The position numbers and the translations under genes were made by a program. Below, one piece after another: positions 19,357 to 29,664 of a stretch of 64,000 nucleotides of DNA. How positions within the stretch are numbered: the first letter of the stretch is position 1; the number at the start of each line of letters is the position of its first letter. The notes under the pieces are model-generated. The model did not search any database, was not told the DNA's origin, and saw nothing but the letters and a program-made list of their open reading frames with translations. Source of the stretch: Rhodohalobacter sp. (GTDB lineage Bacteria > Bacteroidota > Rhodothermia > Balneolales > Balneolaceae); NCBI RefSeq assembly GCF_034521535.1, contig NZ_JAXHMF010000004.1:19870-83869 (forward strand). Reading direction: 5' to 3'.

Positions 19357-19575
19357 TTTATGGGGAACTTATTAGAACTTGATTTATGAATTGAACTCAG
19401 ATTAAGAAAAGCAATATCTATATAAATATTTTATATAGATACATTCTATCTGTTGAAATACAATCAATTACACTTATCTGCCAATAAAAATTATACGCCT
19501 AAATAATTTAGGTTTTACTGTTATTTGACCTCATGATGGGATTTTGAGCTGTATATGAAGTGCACATTTACTGCA

Positions 19576-20298
19576 TTAGCCATTTCCGGAGTAGATCAGG
19601 AAAAGACATGGTTTTTTCTGCAGGTCAAGTTCTCCGGTTTGCTTCCAGTGATGAACGGTTTTGGTCTGAATAAATTCATCTTTCTGGGTGATGTTGGAAG
19701 CAATACAGAGCCGGGTTGAAGGACGCAGTTTATTCAAAAGTAACTCGTAGAGCTGCTCATTTCTATGGGGAGTTTCCATAAAGATCTGGGTCCGGTTTTT
19801 CTGTGCCGACTCCTGTTCCAGCTCAGAAATTTCCTGCACGCGCTTATTTTCATTCAGTGAAAGATACCCATGGAACGTGAACGACTGACCGTTCATACCC
19901 GACGCCATAAGCGCCATGAGTATGGATGATGGTCCAACCAGCGGGACGACTTCTATGTCATTATCGTGGGCCAACTTTACGAGTTTTGCACCGGGATCAG
20001 CAACTCCGGGCGCTCCGGCTTCCGACATCAGTCCCACATCCTGCTCTTTCAAAAATTTAAGGAAACTGTAGACTTCCTGGTCGGGTGTTTTCTTATTCAG
20101 AACCCGCATCGTCATTTCGTAGGGAGGTGTGGGGTGTTTAATCCACTGCAGAAAACTCTGTGTTGTCTGAGGCTTTTCAACAATAAAGCAGTTTAGAGAT
20201 TTCACGATCTCCAGTGTGTGCTCCGGCAGAGCCACATTCTTTTTGCGCTTACTGATGGGAGTTGGTATCAGATAAAGTTTATGCTTTTTCGTACTCAT
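19576..20298 (-). CDS. RsmI-like (tetrapyrrole methylase family) SAM-dependent methyltransferase
   Basis: KLYLIPTPI, GLMSEAGAPGVADPG, VPLVGPSSI, IFMETPHRN; the start is more likely MSTKKHK at 20298 than 20382. Confidence 0.85.
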   Translation of the reverse strand: MSTKKHKLYLIPTPISKRKKNVALPEHTLEIVKSLNCFIVEKPQTTQSFLQWIKHPTPPYEMTMRVLNKKTPDQEVYSFLKFLKEQDVGLMSEAGAPGVADPGAKLVKLAHDNDIEVVPLVGPSSILMALMASGMNGQSFTFHGYLSLNENKRVQEISELEQESAQKNRTQIFMETPHRNEQLYELLLNKLRPSTRLCIASNITQKDEFIQTKTVHHWKQTGELDLQKKPCLFLIYSGNG

Positions 20299-20785
20299 GA
20301 TCCCCGTCAACTCGTTCGATTTGAAGTTTTTCTTCACCGTATCTAATCTTCCTGTAGGCGTATCTTGAACCGAACAGGGCAATGATTATGGTTGCAATCA
20401 ACCCAATGGCCGTCACGCCCAGATTTACCTTAATCACACTCTGTTGGAGTTCATATGTAGGCATCAATACAATGGGCTTGAATGAGTTGGTGTTATACCG
20501 AATCGGAATCAATTCCGAGTCCATAATTACCTGAGCCATCTGCACCGGCAGGCCCAGCTGCCGCTCAATGACTTCATCTTCAGAGGTTGTGAAACGGATA
20601 ACGACATAACCATTTGTTTGAGCAGCGATCTGCTTAATATCAAAATCCGTTACGGTTGCAATGTAGCTTTCTCCATTCTCGTATGTATTTTGAATGCCAA
20701 AATAGGTCGTAGCCTGATATCCAAATTGATAGATAAAATAGACCGGCAAAAGCCATATGAGGTAAATAAAATAGTATTTCTTCAT
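20279..20785 (-). CDS. Hypothetical membrane protein (2 TM helices)
   Basis: Two hydrophobic segments around a soluble domain; packed in an operon. Confidence 0.75.
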   Translation of the reverse strand: MKKYYFIYLIWLLPVYFIYQFGYQATTYFGIQNTYENGESYIATVTDFDIKQIAAQTNGYVVIRFTTSEDEVIERQLGLPVQMAQVIMDSELIPIRYNTNSFKPIVLMPTYELQQSVIKVNLGVTAIGLIATIIIALFGSRYAYRKIRYGEEKLQIERVDGDHEYEKA

Positions 20786-20788
20786 TTT

Positions 20789-22021
20789 TTAATCGGGTTG
20801 TACATCATTGTTAATATCGTCCCGGGATGCCCGGATTGAAACCTGTTCCATCAAGTCGATCAGAGCCGGATCGTAAATCAACCGCTGCTGAAAATCCTGA
20901 TGCATATGATTGCCAGACATGTGAAACCAAAATCCAATTGGCAGCCGATCAAAAAAGATGGCCTGAATTTTGGTGTCACCGGTGTAGACCAGCGTTCCAA
21001 AGTCAATTCCATTCAAAAGTCCCATCCGGCTATCAAAAAGGGCACCGTAATCGGTAAAGTCACGTGTTATTTCTGACCGGTCCTGATATGGAGCTCTCAT
21101 CCAGTTTAGAACCATTTCAGCAGAGCCTTCTGAAATCTCGTCGCCGGTGCGGATTTTCCGTAAAAATGAAACGGCCTCTGAAGCTGTGGTTTTCGGAAAA
21201 AGATCCAATGCATCACGCTCTTCCATGAATGAACGTCCCAGCCTGTTGTTTTCGAGCTCTTCGCTCCAGGCCGTTCGTGAGCTCTGGTTATTTACAAATT
21301 GGTCTGACAGTTCAATCACATGAGACCGATACTCATCACGTCGGTTTTTCCATTGATCGATCAGTGCTTCAATGCTTTCGTCAGTGGCCGCTTCTGATAT
21401 GGACAGATAGAGACCTGAATATGGAAGCGGCATTTCAGTTACATCAAGGTCAAATTTTTGTTTGAATGATTCCCAATCGTAGGGCTGAATATTCCACCAT
21501 AAGTAGTCAGAAAGCGCAGGATCATTAAAATAAGAGAGCAGCAAAAGTGCATTATTTATAGTGATTGTGCCATTGTCGATCCATCCTTTTTGATCCGCGA
21601 ATGTGAAGGCGTCATCGTGAACTGAATTATTTATATCCGGAAGCAGAAACGTATTGATCTCATCAAGAGCAATGGATTGATCGGGGTCAATGGTGCCGCT
21701 TTCCATTTCGATAGCATAGGCTGTCATCAGGAATAGGTCAGACAGTGAACCCATTGGCCTGGGTACATCAGCCTGAAAATTGAGGGTAGAGTCGGGGTGC
21801 TCCAATACGATACTTGCGATGGAAGCATGTTGTGGGTTCGCTTCAATATATTCCGTTAACCCGCGAAGCGACTGTGTTTTTGGAACCCACTCTGAGCCTT
21901 CCATAAATGCCTCTCTGTTATCCAGAAAGGTCTGAAAAGCTCCCCAGTTTAAGCCAATGACAACAACGACCAGCACAAGTGCTGTAGCTAAAAATGCGGA
22001 TATGAATTTTAAAAGTCTCAT
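20789..22021 (-). CDS. Membrane-anchored serine beta-lactamase-like fold protein with degenerate catalytic motifs
   Basis: N-terminal anchor; PRPMGSLSDLFLMTAYA...SGTIDPDQ resembles the class A SxxK region; PKTTASE resembles the class A TTPxx motif. Confidence 0.6.
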   Translation of the reverse strand: MRLLKFISAFLATALVLVVVVIGLNWGAFQTFLDNREAFMEGSEWVPKTQSLRGLTEYIEANPQHASIASIVLEHPDSTLNFQADVPRPMGSLSDLFLMTAYAIEMESGTIDPDQSIALDEINTFLLPDINNSVHDDAFTFADQKGWIDNGTITINNALLLLSYFNDPALSDYLWWNIQPYDWESFKQKFDLDVTEMPLPYSGLYLSISEAATDESIEALIDQWKNRRDEYRSHVIELSDQFVNNQSSRTAWSEELENNRLGRSFMEERDALDLFPKTTASEAVSFLRKIRTGDEISEGSAEMVLNWMRAPYQDRSEITRDFTDYGALFDSRMGLLNGIDFGTLVYTGDTKIQAIFFDRLPIGFWFHMSGNHMHQDFQQRLIYDPALIDLMEQVSIRASRDDINNDVQPD

Positions 22022-22067
22022 GGATGTGAATAAAAGAAAATTTTGTGACTCAAATATGAAGCAGGTT

Positions 22068-23409
22068 CTATCTGCTCTCTTTATAAAATGTGTTTACCTG
22101 AAGCAGCCTGTGATAAAATTGGTTGAAATCGCGAAAATAAACGAATGCATGATATTCTTGCCGTGTATCAGGAAACAGGGTATCGAACGCCAGATCATTG
22201 ACTCTGTTGTTGTCGACCAACACATATTTATACCGGTACGTGCCCTCTTTCATAGTTACAGACTGAATCCATCGGTCTATTTGTTCATCATAACTCATTC
22301 GATACTCCTGACTCAATTTCCATGAGTTGAAATCACCGACCAGGTAAATTTCCGGTCCTGCATTTAAATTGTCCCCGCCGTCAAATCTGAACTCAACGTC
22401 TAAATAGTTGCCGTTCATGGATTGATCAGGGCCAAACTGAGGTGGTACTCCGACGGAAACAGGCTGGTTAAACCCTTCAGCATCATCTCTTAGAACAACT
22501 TTCCAGGGTTCGCTGCTTTTATCGATATCCAGAACAGTTCGGCTCAACTGATCCACATTATTCAGGTTTAAGACCCGAAATTCATAGTCGCCTACGAAAG
22601 GCCGGTTTTGGGAGAGTTCAAACTGTACTTCATCTGGGTCGGAAAAATCAAGCTCTTGCGCTTCTGCTCTCTTTCCCCAGAATTGATTCTGACTGTAGTA
22701 GAAGGAGAGGTCAAACTGAGGCTGATTAAGCCAATCGGGCAATAAATACCGACTTACGGGCCTGTGCATGACCCTCAGCGAATATCTTGCCGAGCGTAAT
22801 GTTTCAACGGATGAAGCAACGGTTCCCTCGTTTTCATAGACGAAAAAGGGAAGAGAGAACTGAAGCTCATCGGTGTCTCTGTTGTGAACGTGCAGCATAT
22901 AGTTTCCGCTGACTCTGAATCCCACATTCTGATTGGGAAATTGGTAGGGATACGATCGATAGTACGGTTGAGTGGTTCGGCTCAGAATGCCACCCGGAAT
23001 GTCGTGGCGGCCAAAGCCGGTAAAATATTGGTCGGGAGAGAGGCCGGACTCAGACCAGTCGGGATTGTGATGCGTAAATGAGATTTCGTAAGAGTGAGAA
23101 TCAAACCCCAGGGATTCAAACCGAAGCGTGAGCTGATCATTGCTCTTTAACTCCAGAAACGGTGCTGAATTGGGTTGATCTGCCGGAAATAGCTCTACAG
23201 AATAAATCGGATGTTCCGGGGCAACAGTCTGAGGCAGCGTAAACTCGTGATCGACTGAAGAGGTTTGTCCGGAACTGTTGCCGGTATTGGATTTCGTCCG
23301 TTCGGTTCCCATACATCCATTCATTATGAAAAGGATGAATGGCAGGATGAAAATCCACAGAAGCTGTTGCCGGTATGACTGGTTTTTATATATAGTAGTT
23401 TCCTTCAAA
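22068..23409 (-). CDS. T9SS plug protein-like lipoprotein (DUF5103) with C-terminal CBM48-like domain
   Basis: PFLELKSNDQLTLRF, HHNPDWSES, YQFPNQ...SGNYML, IYLVGDFNSW...EGTYRYKYV; hydrophobic stretch ending MNGC. Start uncertain (TTG at 23409 or 23468). Confidence 0.72.
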
Positions 23410-24213
23410 AACAAATGTTGCCGGTCCTTCAAGTTTGATGTTGTGATAGTTTCCGGATGTTTCGTCAAAATCGAAATGGATGTTTAACGTGCCGCCTCTA
23501 ACTTTTACGTTGTAACTGAACGTTCCCTCTCCGCTTTGCTGCAGGTAATGCCATGCCAGTGCAGAGGCAATGGCTCCGGTTCCGCAGGCAAGGGTTAGAT
23601 TCTCCACTCCTCGCTCGTAGGTCTGCAGGCAGAGTTCATCAGAATTTACGCCGGCTATAAAATTCACGTTGGTTCCTACGGGCTGATAGTGATTGTGGTA
23701 TCTCAAATAGCGGCCGTCAGTGATCAGCTGCTTCTCATCCTCAAGCTGATCCTTCTGAACGGGACAGACAACATGTTCGGTGTTGGTGTAGACGTTTAAA
23801 ACGGCTTCCGATCCCACTTTTTCCTCTATAACTTCGGTTTGAAGCGGAAAAGAGATGGTTACATTCTGATCATCAACAGCTGCTTTGTAAATCTTGTCGT
23901 GAACTCGAAAGCTGAATGCCTTGGGTGAGCCCAGCGTAACGGCATAAGCTGCAAAACAGCGTGCCCCGTTGCCGCACATTCCCGCATCACTGCCGTCGGG
24001 ATTTTTATAGACCATCACCAGGTCTGCTTTTTTGGACGTATCGTAGCAGAGTGCTATCAATCCGTCACCGCCCACACCAAATTTCCGATCACAAAGTACC
24101 GGAGCAATTTCGGAAAGTTCATCATCACCGATTTTAAGCGAGCGATTGTCGAAGAGTACAAAATCGTTGCCTGCTCCCTGCATTTTTATGAACGGTAAAG
24201 TAGAGTTATCCAT
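23386..24213 (-). CDS. dapF: Diaminopimelate epimerase
   Basis: FIKMQGAGNDF, GVGGDG, MCGNGARC, GTNVNF, TYERGVE.LTLACGTGA. Confidence 0.96.
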   Translation of the reverse strand: MDNSTLPFIKMQGAGNDFVLFDNRSLKIGDDELSEIAPVLCDRKFGVGGDGLIALCYDTSKKADLVMVYKNPDGSDAGMCGNGARCFAAYAVTLGSPKAFSFRVHDKIYKAAVDDQNVTISFPLQTEVIEEKVGSEAVLNVYTNTEHVVCPVQKDQLEDEKQLITDGRYLRYHNHYQPVGTNVNFIAGVNSDELCLQTYERGVENLTLACGTGAIASALAWHYLQQSGEGTFSYNVKVRGGTLNIHFDFDETSGNYHNIKLEGPATFVFEGNYYI

Positions 24214-24220
24214 GCGTCAT

Positions 24221-25420
24221 TTACATTTCAGTGAGTGCAGGAAGATGTTTCCATGCGTCTTTTTCATCAATCAGGGGATCAAGACCGCGCATCAGGCTGC
24301 TGAAACGCATCGACAGTACAGTAAAAATATATTTAAGCTGGACATTTTGATAGAGCAGCTGTTTCAGATCCTGAAGGTGTTCTATCATCTCAATAATTCG
24401 TGCATCATTCATCGAGGCCGTAAACTTTTTGATCACTTCCAGTTGATCGACATTGGTGATCAGCCGGCTGTCGTTCTGTTCACGATAAACTAAAATATCC
24501 CGTAGAAATTGCTCGATAGAGTTACAAACGGCAATCTGGTTTTCAGTATTGAGCTTGCTGTTCCAGTCATTGATGATTTGTAACAGGGCCGGGACATCCT
24601 GAGTGTAGGAGAACCTTAAAAATTCGATGATTTCAGTGCGGGTCTGTTTCAGGGTATTTACATCGAAATAGCGGGCCAGTGCGTAGTTTCCATCGGCCAT
24701 TCTCGCCAGAAAGGAGGCGTCCTCCTCCGATTTGTTGTCGTACTGCACCAAACCGTTTCGGATTTCCTCTTCACGCAAAGGATTCAGGCGAATTTGCTGA
24801 CACCTGGAAATAACTGTTGGAAGCAGCTGGTCTGTATTGGTAGCCGTAAGTATAAAAACCAATCTCGAAGAGGGTTCTTCCAGGAATTTTAAAAATGCGT
24901 TAGCCGCCTCTTTCCGCATTGTATCTATCTCCGTAATAACTACAACCGTTCGCCGCCCTTCGTTTGGGTTATACTTCATTAAAGGCTGAATATCAGAGCG
25001 ATAGTAGTCGATGGGATAGAATGCACGTCGGTTTTTGGAGAGCTTTTCGCTGTTTAGAGCCGGGCGAATGGCAAAGTCTACAATTTCATACGGATCCTGC
25101 GCCACCATCTCAATTCTCGGCTGAATCTCATTTTCTCCTTTGGAAGGAAAAGGAATAAAAAGATGAATGTCTGGATGAGCAAACCAGCTCGATTTTTTAG
25201 ATTCTGCCGTTCCTTTTAAATCGGTAAGGTTATCAATACCGTTGATGGCCTCCGCCATGGTTAACGCAAACGCGGTTTTCCCGACACCCGAGGGTCCTGT
25301 AAGCAGATAGGAGTGGCTCAGTCGGTCGCTTTTCAGAATCTTTTCCAGCTTTTCACGGGCATCATACTGGCCCACTAATCTTCGATCTCCAAACGATATG
25401 TTATTTTTTAAAAAACTCAT
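24221..25420 (-). CDS. holB: DNA polymerase III subunit delta'
   Basis: HSYLLTGPSGVGK, HPDIH, AANAFLKFLEEP, LLPTVISRCQ. Confidence 0.92.
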   Translation of the reverse strand: MSFLKNNISFGDRRLVGQYDAREKLEKILKSDRLSHSYLLTGPSGVGKTAFALTMAEAINGIDNLTDLKGTAESKKSSWFAHPDIHLFIPFPSKGENEIQPRIEMVAQDPYEIVDFAIRPALNSEKLSKNRRAFYPIDYYRSDIQPLMKYNPNEGRRTVVVITEIDTMRKEAANAFLKFLEEPSSRLVFILTATNTDQLLPTVISRCQQIRLNPLREEEIRNGLVQYDNKSEEDASFLARMADGNYALARYFDVNTLKQTRTEIIEFLRFSYTQDVPALLQIINDWNSKLNTENQIAVCNSIEQFLRDILVYREQNDSRLITNVDQLEVIKKFTASMNDARIIEMIEHLQDLKQLLYQNVQLKYIFTVLSMRFSSLMRGLDPLIDEKDAWKHLPALTEM

Positions 25421-25441
25421 CAGGTTTAATTTTTATAAAGT

Positions 25442-26104
25442 CTATTCATCCCAGATATAATCAAACAGAAGCACTCCGGCTGCAATGGTTGTACCGCAAT
25501 ATCCGATCAGTGCGGCCAAATCATTGAGTTCTGAGCCGTCAGGTCCATTGACCAGCGCCATTGTGGTTGTACGGGTTAAAATAAGCAGCAGCGGTACTAA
25601 AAGTGGAATACACAATACAGAAAACACGGCTCCTTTGCGATCCGCTTTTGAGATCATCGCAGAAACCAGTGTGGTTACCGATGATAGCCCCGCGGCACCG
25701 AATATGATGGACAGCAGAAAGTATGGAAAATGAACAATGGTCATGTTCATCATCACAATGTAAAAGAAGAATGTAAAAACGTGCAGTATCAGCAGAAACA
25801 GAAAATTGTAGATCAGTTTTCCGGTATACACTTCTGTTGCTCCGGAATTGAGCCGCAGCAGTTCCCATGTTTTCTTTTCCGTTTCCTGAACAAATGATCT
25901 CATCATCCCGGTCATTGCTGCAAAAAGAATAACGATCCAAACCAGTCCGCTTTTTGGAGTGGGATCAAGCTGCTGGGCACTCAGCGTGAAAAGAATCAGA
26001 AGCAGGGCGGCTCCCGTAAATGCAAGGAGAGTATTAATCGCATACTTTGTGCGAAGCTCCTGCGTGATCTCTTTTTTAAGAATTGTTATGGATGATTTAA
26101 GCAT
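25442..26104 (-). CDS. ccmB: Heme exporter membrane subunit CcmB
   Basis: ILKKEI..ELRTK, GLVWIVILFAAM...RSFVQE, VYTGKLIYN, LCIPLLVPLL; about six TM segments. Confidence 0.82.
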   Translation of the reverse strand: MLKSSITILKKEITQELRTKYAINTLLAFTGAALLLILFTLSAQQLDPTPKSGLVWIVILFAAMTGMMRSFVQETEKKTWELLRLNSGATEVYTGKLIYNFLFLLILHVFTFFFYIVMMNMTIVHFPYFLLSIIFGAAGLSSVTTLVSAMISKADRKGAVFSVLCIPLLVPLLLILTRTTTMALVNGPDGSELNDLAALIGYCGTTIAAGVLLFDYIWDE

Positions 26105-26305
26105 AAAATACCGGGGACGTTGCGTGCCTTTAAAGGTACAAAAATTTAGCAGAGAGTAGAGAGTAAATTACGGCTATGGCCCGGCAGCAATACTGTAGAA
26201 ATTGTCATTTAAAATAATCTTGGACACTGCAGGAATAATTTTGAAGAGTATGCGGTATGCTCCCTATATTCAGATGTACAAAAAACCGGATCTTGAATCA
26301 TTTAT

Positions 26306-26776
26306 ATGAACATTCATTCACTACTCGACAAGTCGACAATTCTCGCTAATCTTGACGTGAAATCTAAAAAAGAACTACTCGAAGAGATGATTCAGTCATT
26401 ATCAGATCAGGTTGAGCCGGAACAGCTTAAGGAGATCCGTGAGTCAGTTTTTGAACGGGAGGAAATTATGTCGACCGGTGTGGGTAAAAGTCTTGCCATT
26501 CCGCACGGTAAAGTAAAATCGATTGATGAAAACTACGCCAGCTTTGCGAAGCTCAAGAACCCGATCGATTATGAATCTATTGATGGCGAGCCCGTTCAAA
26601 TGGTTTTTTTACTCGTAGGGCCCGAATCAAAACACACCATTCATATTAAACTGTTAAGCAGAATATCCAGATTGATGAACAGCGTCTCTTTCCGTGAGCT
26701 TTTAAGTGATTGCGATACGCCGGAAGAGATTTATGAAGCTTTTCATCAAGAAGAACAACGCTATTTTGCCACCTGA
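26306..26776 (+). CDS. PTS EIIA (fructose/nitrogen-regulatory type)
   Basis: EREEIMSTGVGKSLAIPHGK phospho-His motif; DGEPV..VFLLVGP, HIKLLSRISRL. Confidence 0.9.
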   Translation: MNIHSLLDKSTILANLDVKSKKELLEEMIQSLSDQVEPEQLKEIRESVFEREEIMSTGVGKSLAIPHGKVKSIDENYASFAKLKNPIDYESIDGEPVQMVFLLVGPESKHTIHIKLLSRISRLMNSVSFRELLSDCDTPEEIYEAFHQEEQRYFAT

Positions 26777-26787
26777 TTCCCACGCCT

Positions 26788-28257
26788 ATGATGAGCGCTC
26801 AGCTGTCACACAAATCAAAATTACTGCTACTTTTTCTCTGCTTCTTTTTTATTCAGAATCATGAAACAGTAGTTGCCCAGATCGCCTCTGAAATCGACTT
26901 CATGATTGACCGAAGCCGTGCAAATGATGCTTTTTGGGCTATTCAGGTCTCAGACAGTTCCGGAAAAGTACTCGAGGAACTGAATGGAGATAACTTAATA
27001 AGGCCTGCATCAAACCTGAAACTGATTACATCGGGTGCTATTCTGGATGAGTTGGGTGAAGACTACCGTTTTACCACAACACTGTACGGTAGGGGAGAAA
27101 TTGTCGGAAATCGATGGGAGGGTGATCTGATCATCGAAGGTAGCGGAGATCCCTCGATTAACGGTGAATTTTATGAAGATCCGCTTTTTTTGTTTGAAGA
27201 GTGGTATCAGGTACTCGACTCGCTAGGAATTGAGCAGATTGACGGCAGCATCATCGCTTACGACGGACTTTTTGATGATGTTCCCTATCCGCGCGGATGG
27301 GAGTGGGACGATCTCTCATATTATTACGCTCCGGAAATCAGCGCGCTCTCTTTTAACTTCAACGTAGTGGATCTGGAAGTTGTAGCGGAGGGTTCTGTCG
27401 GTTCAAAGCCAACCATTCGCTGGTTTCCATTCAATACCCCATATGTTGAGTTTTTGAATCAGCAGACCATCACACCACCCGGAACAAAGTATAATGAGTC
27501 GTACCGCAGAGTGCTGGGTACAAATACAATCATTCTTCGAAGCACTCTGCCTCAGGGATATTATGAAACGGAACCACTATCTGTCCTTTCACCATCAACC
27601 TATTTTATTGATACATTTTCCCGTTATCTGGAGGATAGCGGAATTCGGGTACGGGGTCAGCTAATTGTAGAAAGTGACTACTATTCATGGAACACGGCCG
27701 GGATGGAAAAACTGGCATCACATACCTCTGAGCCCCTGCACAAGATGATAACCTGGATGAATCGTGAAAGCGATAACTTGTTTGCGGAAATGCTGACCAA
27801 AAAAATGGGGAGTCAGGTCTACGATACTCAGGGCAGTACGGAGATTGGTCTTCAGGTGGTGAAAGATTTTATGCACTCCGCCGGAATAGATACGTCTGTG
27901 GTAAGATTAAGAGACGCATCGGGCATGGCTCCGGCTAACCTGATTCGGGCTTCCGATTTAAATCTGTATCTTAATTTTATTAAAGATAAACCGTGGTTCG
28001 ACACAATGTACGAATCACTGTCTGTTGGCGGATTAAACGGCACGCTTGGTCATCGATTTAGGAACAGTGACGTAAGTGAAAAGTTTTACGGAAAATCAGG
28101 ATTTATGTCGGGTGTTCGTACGCTGAGCGGTTATTTAACAACAAGCTCAAATCAACAGCTTACCGTAACCATAGCAACCAACAACTACACGACATCAACA
28201 GCTCATGTTGACTGGGTTCACGAAAGAATTTTAGAATTTCTGCACAACAACTATTAA
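26788..28257 (+). CDS. dacB: D-Ala-D-Ala carboxypeptidase/endopeptidase (PBP4, peptidase S13)
   Basis: PASNLK (SxxK), GSGDPS, SDN, DASG, GKSG. Confidence 0.93.
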   Translation: MMSAQLSHKSKLLLLFLCFFFIQNHETVVAQIASEIDFMIDRSRANDAFWAIQVSDSSGKVLEELNGDNLIRPASNLKLITSGAILDELGEDYRFTTTLYGRGEIVGNRWEGDLIIEGSGDPSINGEFYEDPLFLFEEWYQVLDSLGIEQIDGSIIAYDGLFDDVPYPRGWEWDDLSYYYAPEISALSFNFNVVDLEVVAEGSVGSKPTIRWFPFNTPYVEFLNQQTITPPGTKYNESYRRVLGTNTIILRSTLPQGYYETEPLSVLSPSTYFIDTFSRYLEDSGIRVRGQLIVESDYYSWNTAGMEKLASHTSEPLHKMITWMNRESDNLFAEMLTKKMGSQVYDTQGSTEIGLQVVKDFMHSAGIDTSVVRLRDASGMAPANLIRASDLNLYLNFIKDKPWFDTMYESLSVGGLNGTLGHRFRNSDVSEKFYGKSGFMSGVRTLSGYLTTSSNQQLTVTIATNNYTTSTAHVDWVHERILEFLHNNY

Positions 28258-28260
28258 ACG

Positions 28261-29631
28261 ATGACTAAACAGCCGCAAATTTTAATAACAGATGATGAAA
28301 AGAGCATCAGAAATATTCTGCGGGATATACTCGAATATGAATCGTATAAAGTTGAAGAGGCTGAAAACGGTGCCGATGCGATAAAAATCATTTCAGACAA
28401 AGAGATTGATCTCGTTATCCTGGATATTAAAATGAAGGGGATGGACGGCCTTGAAACCCTCGAAAAAATAAAAGAGGAGAAGCCCGATCTGCCGGTTATC
28501 ATGATCTCAGGTCATGGAACCATCAAAATTGCTGTAGATGCCACGAAAAAGGGAGCGTTCGATTTTCTGGAAAAACCACCTGACCTGAATCGTCTGCTTG
28601 TAACGGTTCGAAACGCTTTGAAGAGCAGCGAGCTGGAACGGGAAAACAAGCAGATCCGATCTGAGCTGTATGGGGCTTCGGATATTATTGGAGAAAGCGC
28701 GCCGATTAAGAAAATAAAAGATACCATTACGAAGATTGCTGCAACCAACAGCCGGGTTCTGATTACCGGTGAGAACGGTACCGGAAAGGAGCTGGTGGCC
28801 CGGTCGATCCACAGCCAGAGCAGAAGAGCATCAAAACCGTTTGTTGATGTAAACTGCGCAGCCATTCCGGCTGAGCTGTTGGAGAGTGAGCTGTTTGGCC
28901 ATGAAAAAGGGGCCTTTACGGGAGCTGTAAAACAGAGAATTGGAAAATTTGAGCAGGCGGACGGCGGAACACTATTTTTGGACGAGATAGGCGATATGAG
29001 TCCCGATGCACAGGCTAAAGTACTGCGTGCGTTGCAGGAAAATAAAATCACCCGGGTTGGAGGCTCTGAAAATATTGAAGTGGATGTAAGGGTTATGTCA
29101 GCTACAAACAAGGATCTTCAAAAGGCGATCAGTGATGGAGAGTTTAGGGAAGATCTCTTTCATCGTTTGAGTGTAATACCTATTCATATTCCGCCACTGC
29201 GAGATAGAAAAGAGGACATCCCGCTTCTTGCCAGACAGTTTTTGTCTGAATTGGGAGAAGAGGATATTGTATTTGCCAATAAAACATTTTCTGATGAAGC
29301 TATTTCTGCCCTAAAAGAGCATTCGTGGTCCGGAAATATCCGAGAGCTTCAGAATGTGGTGGAGCGCCTTGCCATTCTTTCGGCTGAGGATGAAATTGCT
29401 GCAGATGATGTCAGGAGGCTTGTGGTTGGAAATCAGAGCTCAGAAAAAGTGGTTTCAGAACTGATAGATGACCTGGAGAGTTTTCAGGAATTCAAGGAAG
29501 AAGCGGAAAAGCTGTTTCTGGTCAAAAAACTTGAAAAGTACAACTGGAATATAACGGCAACGGCAGAAGCTATTGAGATTCGCAGAAGCCACATCTATAA
29601 CAAACTGAAAAAGTACGACATTGAGCGTTAA
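28261..29631 (+). CDS. Sigma-54-dependent response regulator (NtrC/NtrX family)
   Basis: Receiver domain (TDDE, LDIKM), GENGTGKE, ESELFGHEKGAFTGA, LFLDEIG, Fis HTH. Confidence 0.93.
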   Translation: MTKQPQILITDDEKSIRNILRDILEYESYKVEEAENGADAIKIISDKEIDLVILDIKMKGMDGLETLEKIKEEKPDLPVIMISGHGTIKIAVDATKKGAFDFLEKPPDLNRLLVTVRNALKSSELERENKQIRSELYGASDIIGESAPIKKIKDTITKIAATNSRVLITGENGTGKELVARSIHSQSRRASKPFVDVNCAAIPAELLESELFGHEKGAFTGAVKQRIGKFEQADGGTLFLDEIGDMSPDAQAKVLRALQENKITRVGGSENIEVDVRVMSATNKDLQKAISDGEFREDLFHRLSVIPIHIPPLRDRKEDIPLLARQFLSELGEEDIVFANKTFSDEAISALKEHSWSGNIRELQNVVERLAILSAEDEIAADDVRRLVVGNQSSEKVVSELIDDLESFQEFKEEAEKLFLVKKLEKYNWNITATAEAIEIRRSHIYNKLKKYDIER

Positions 29632-29664
29632 TTGGTTCATCAACAAAAAAAGAGTTAGCAGATT

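Noticed and set aside
25442-26104. ccmB separated from other ccm genes
   Set aside because: Dispersed ccm genes are not unusual and the rest may lie outside the window.
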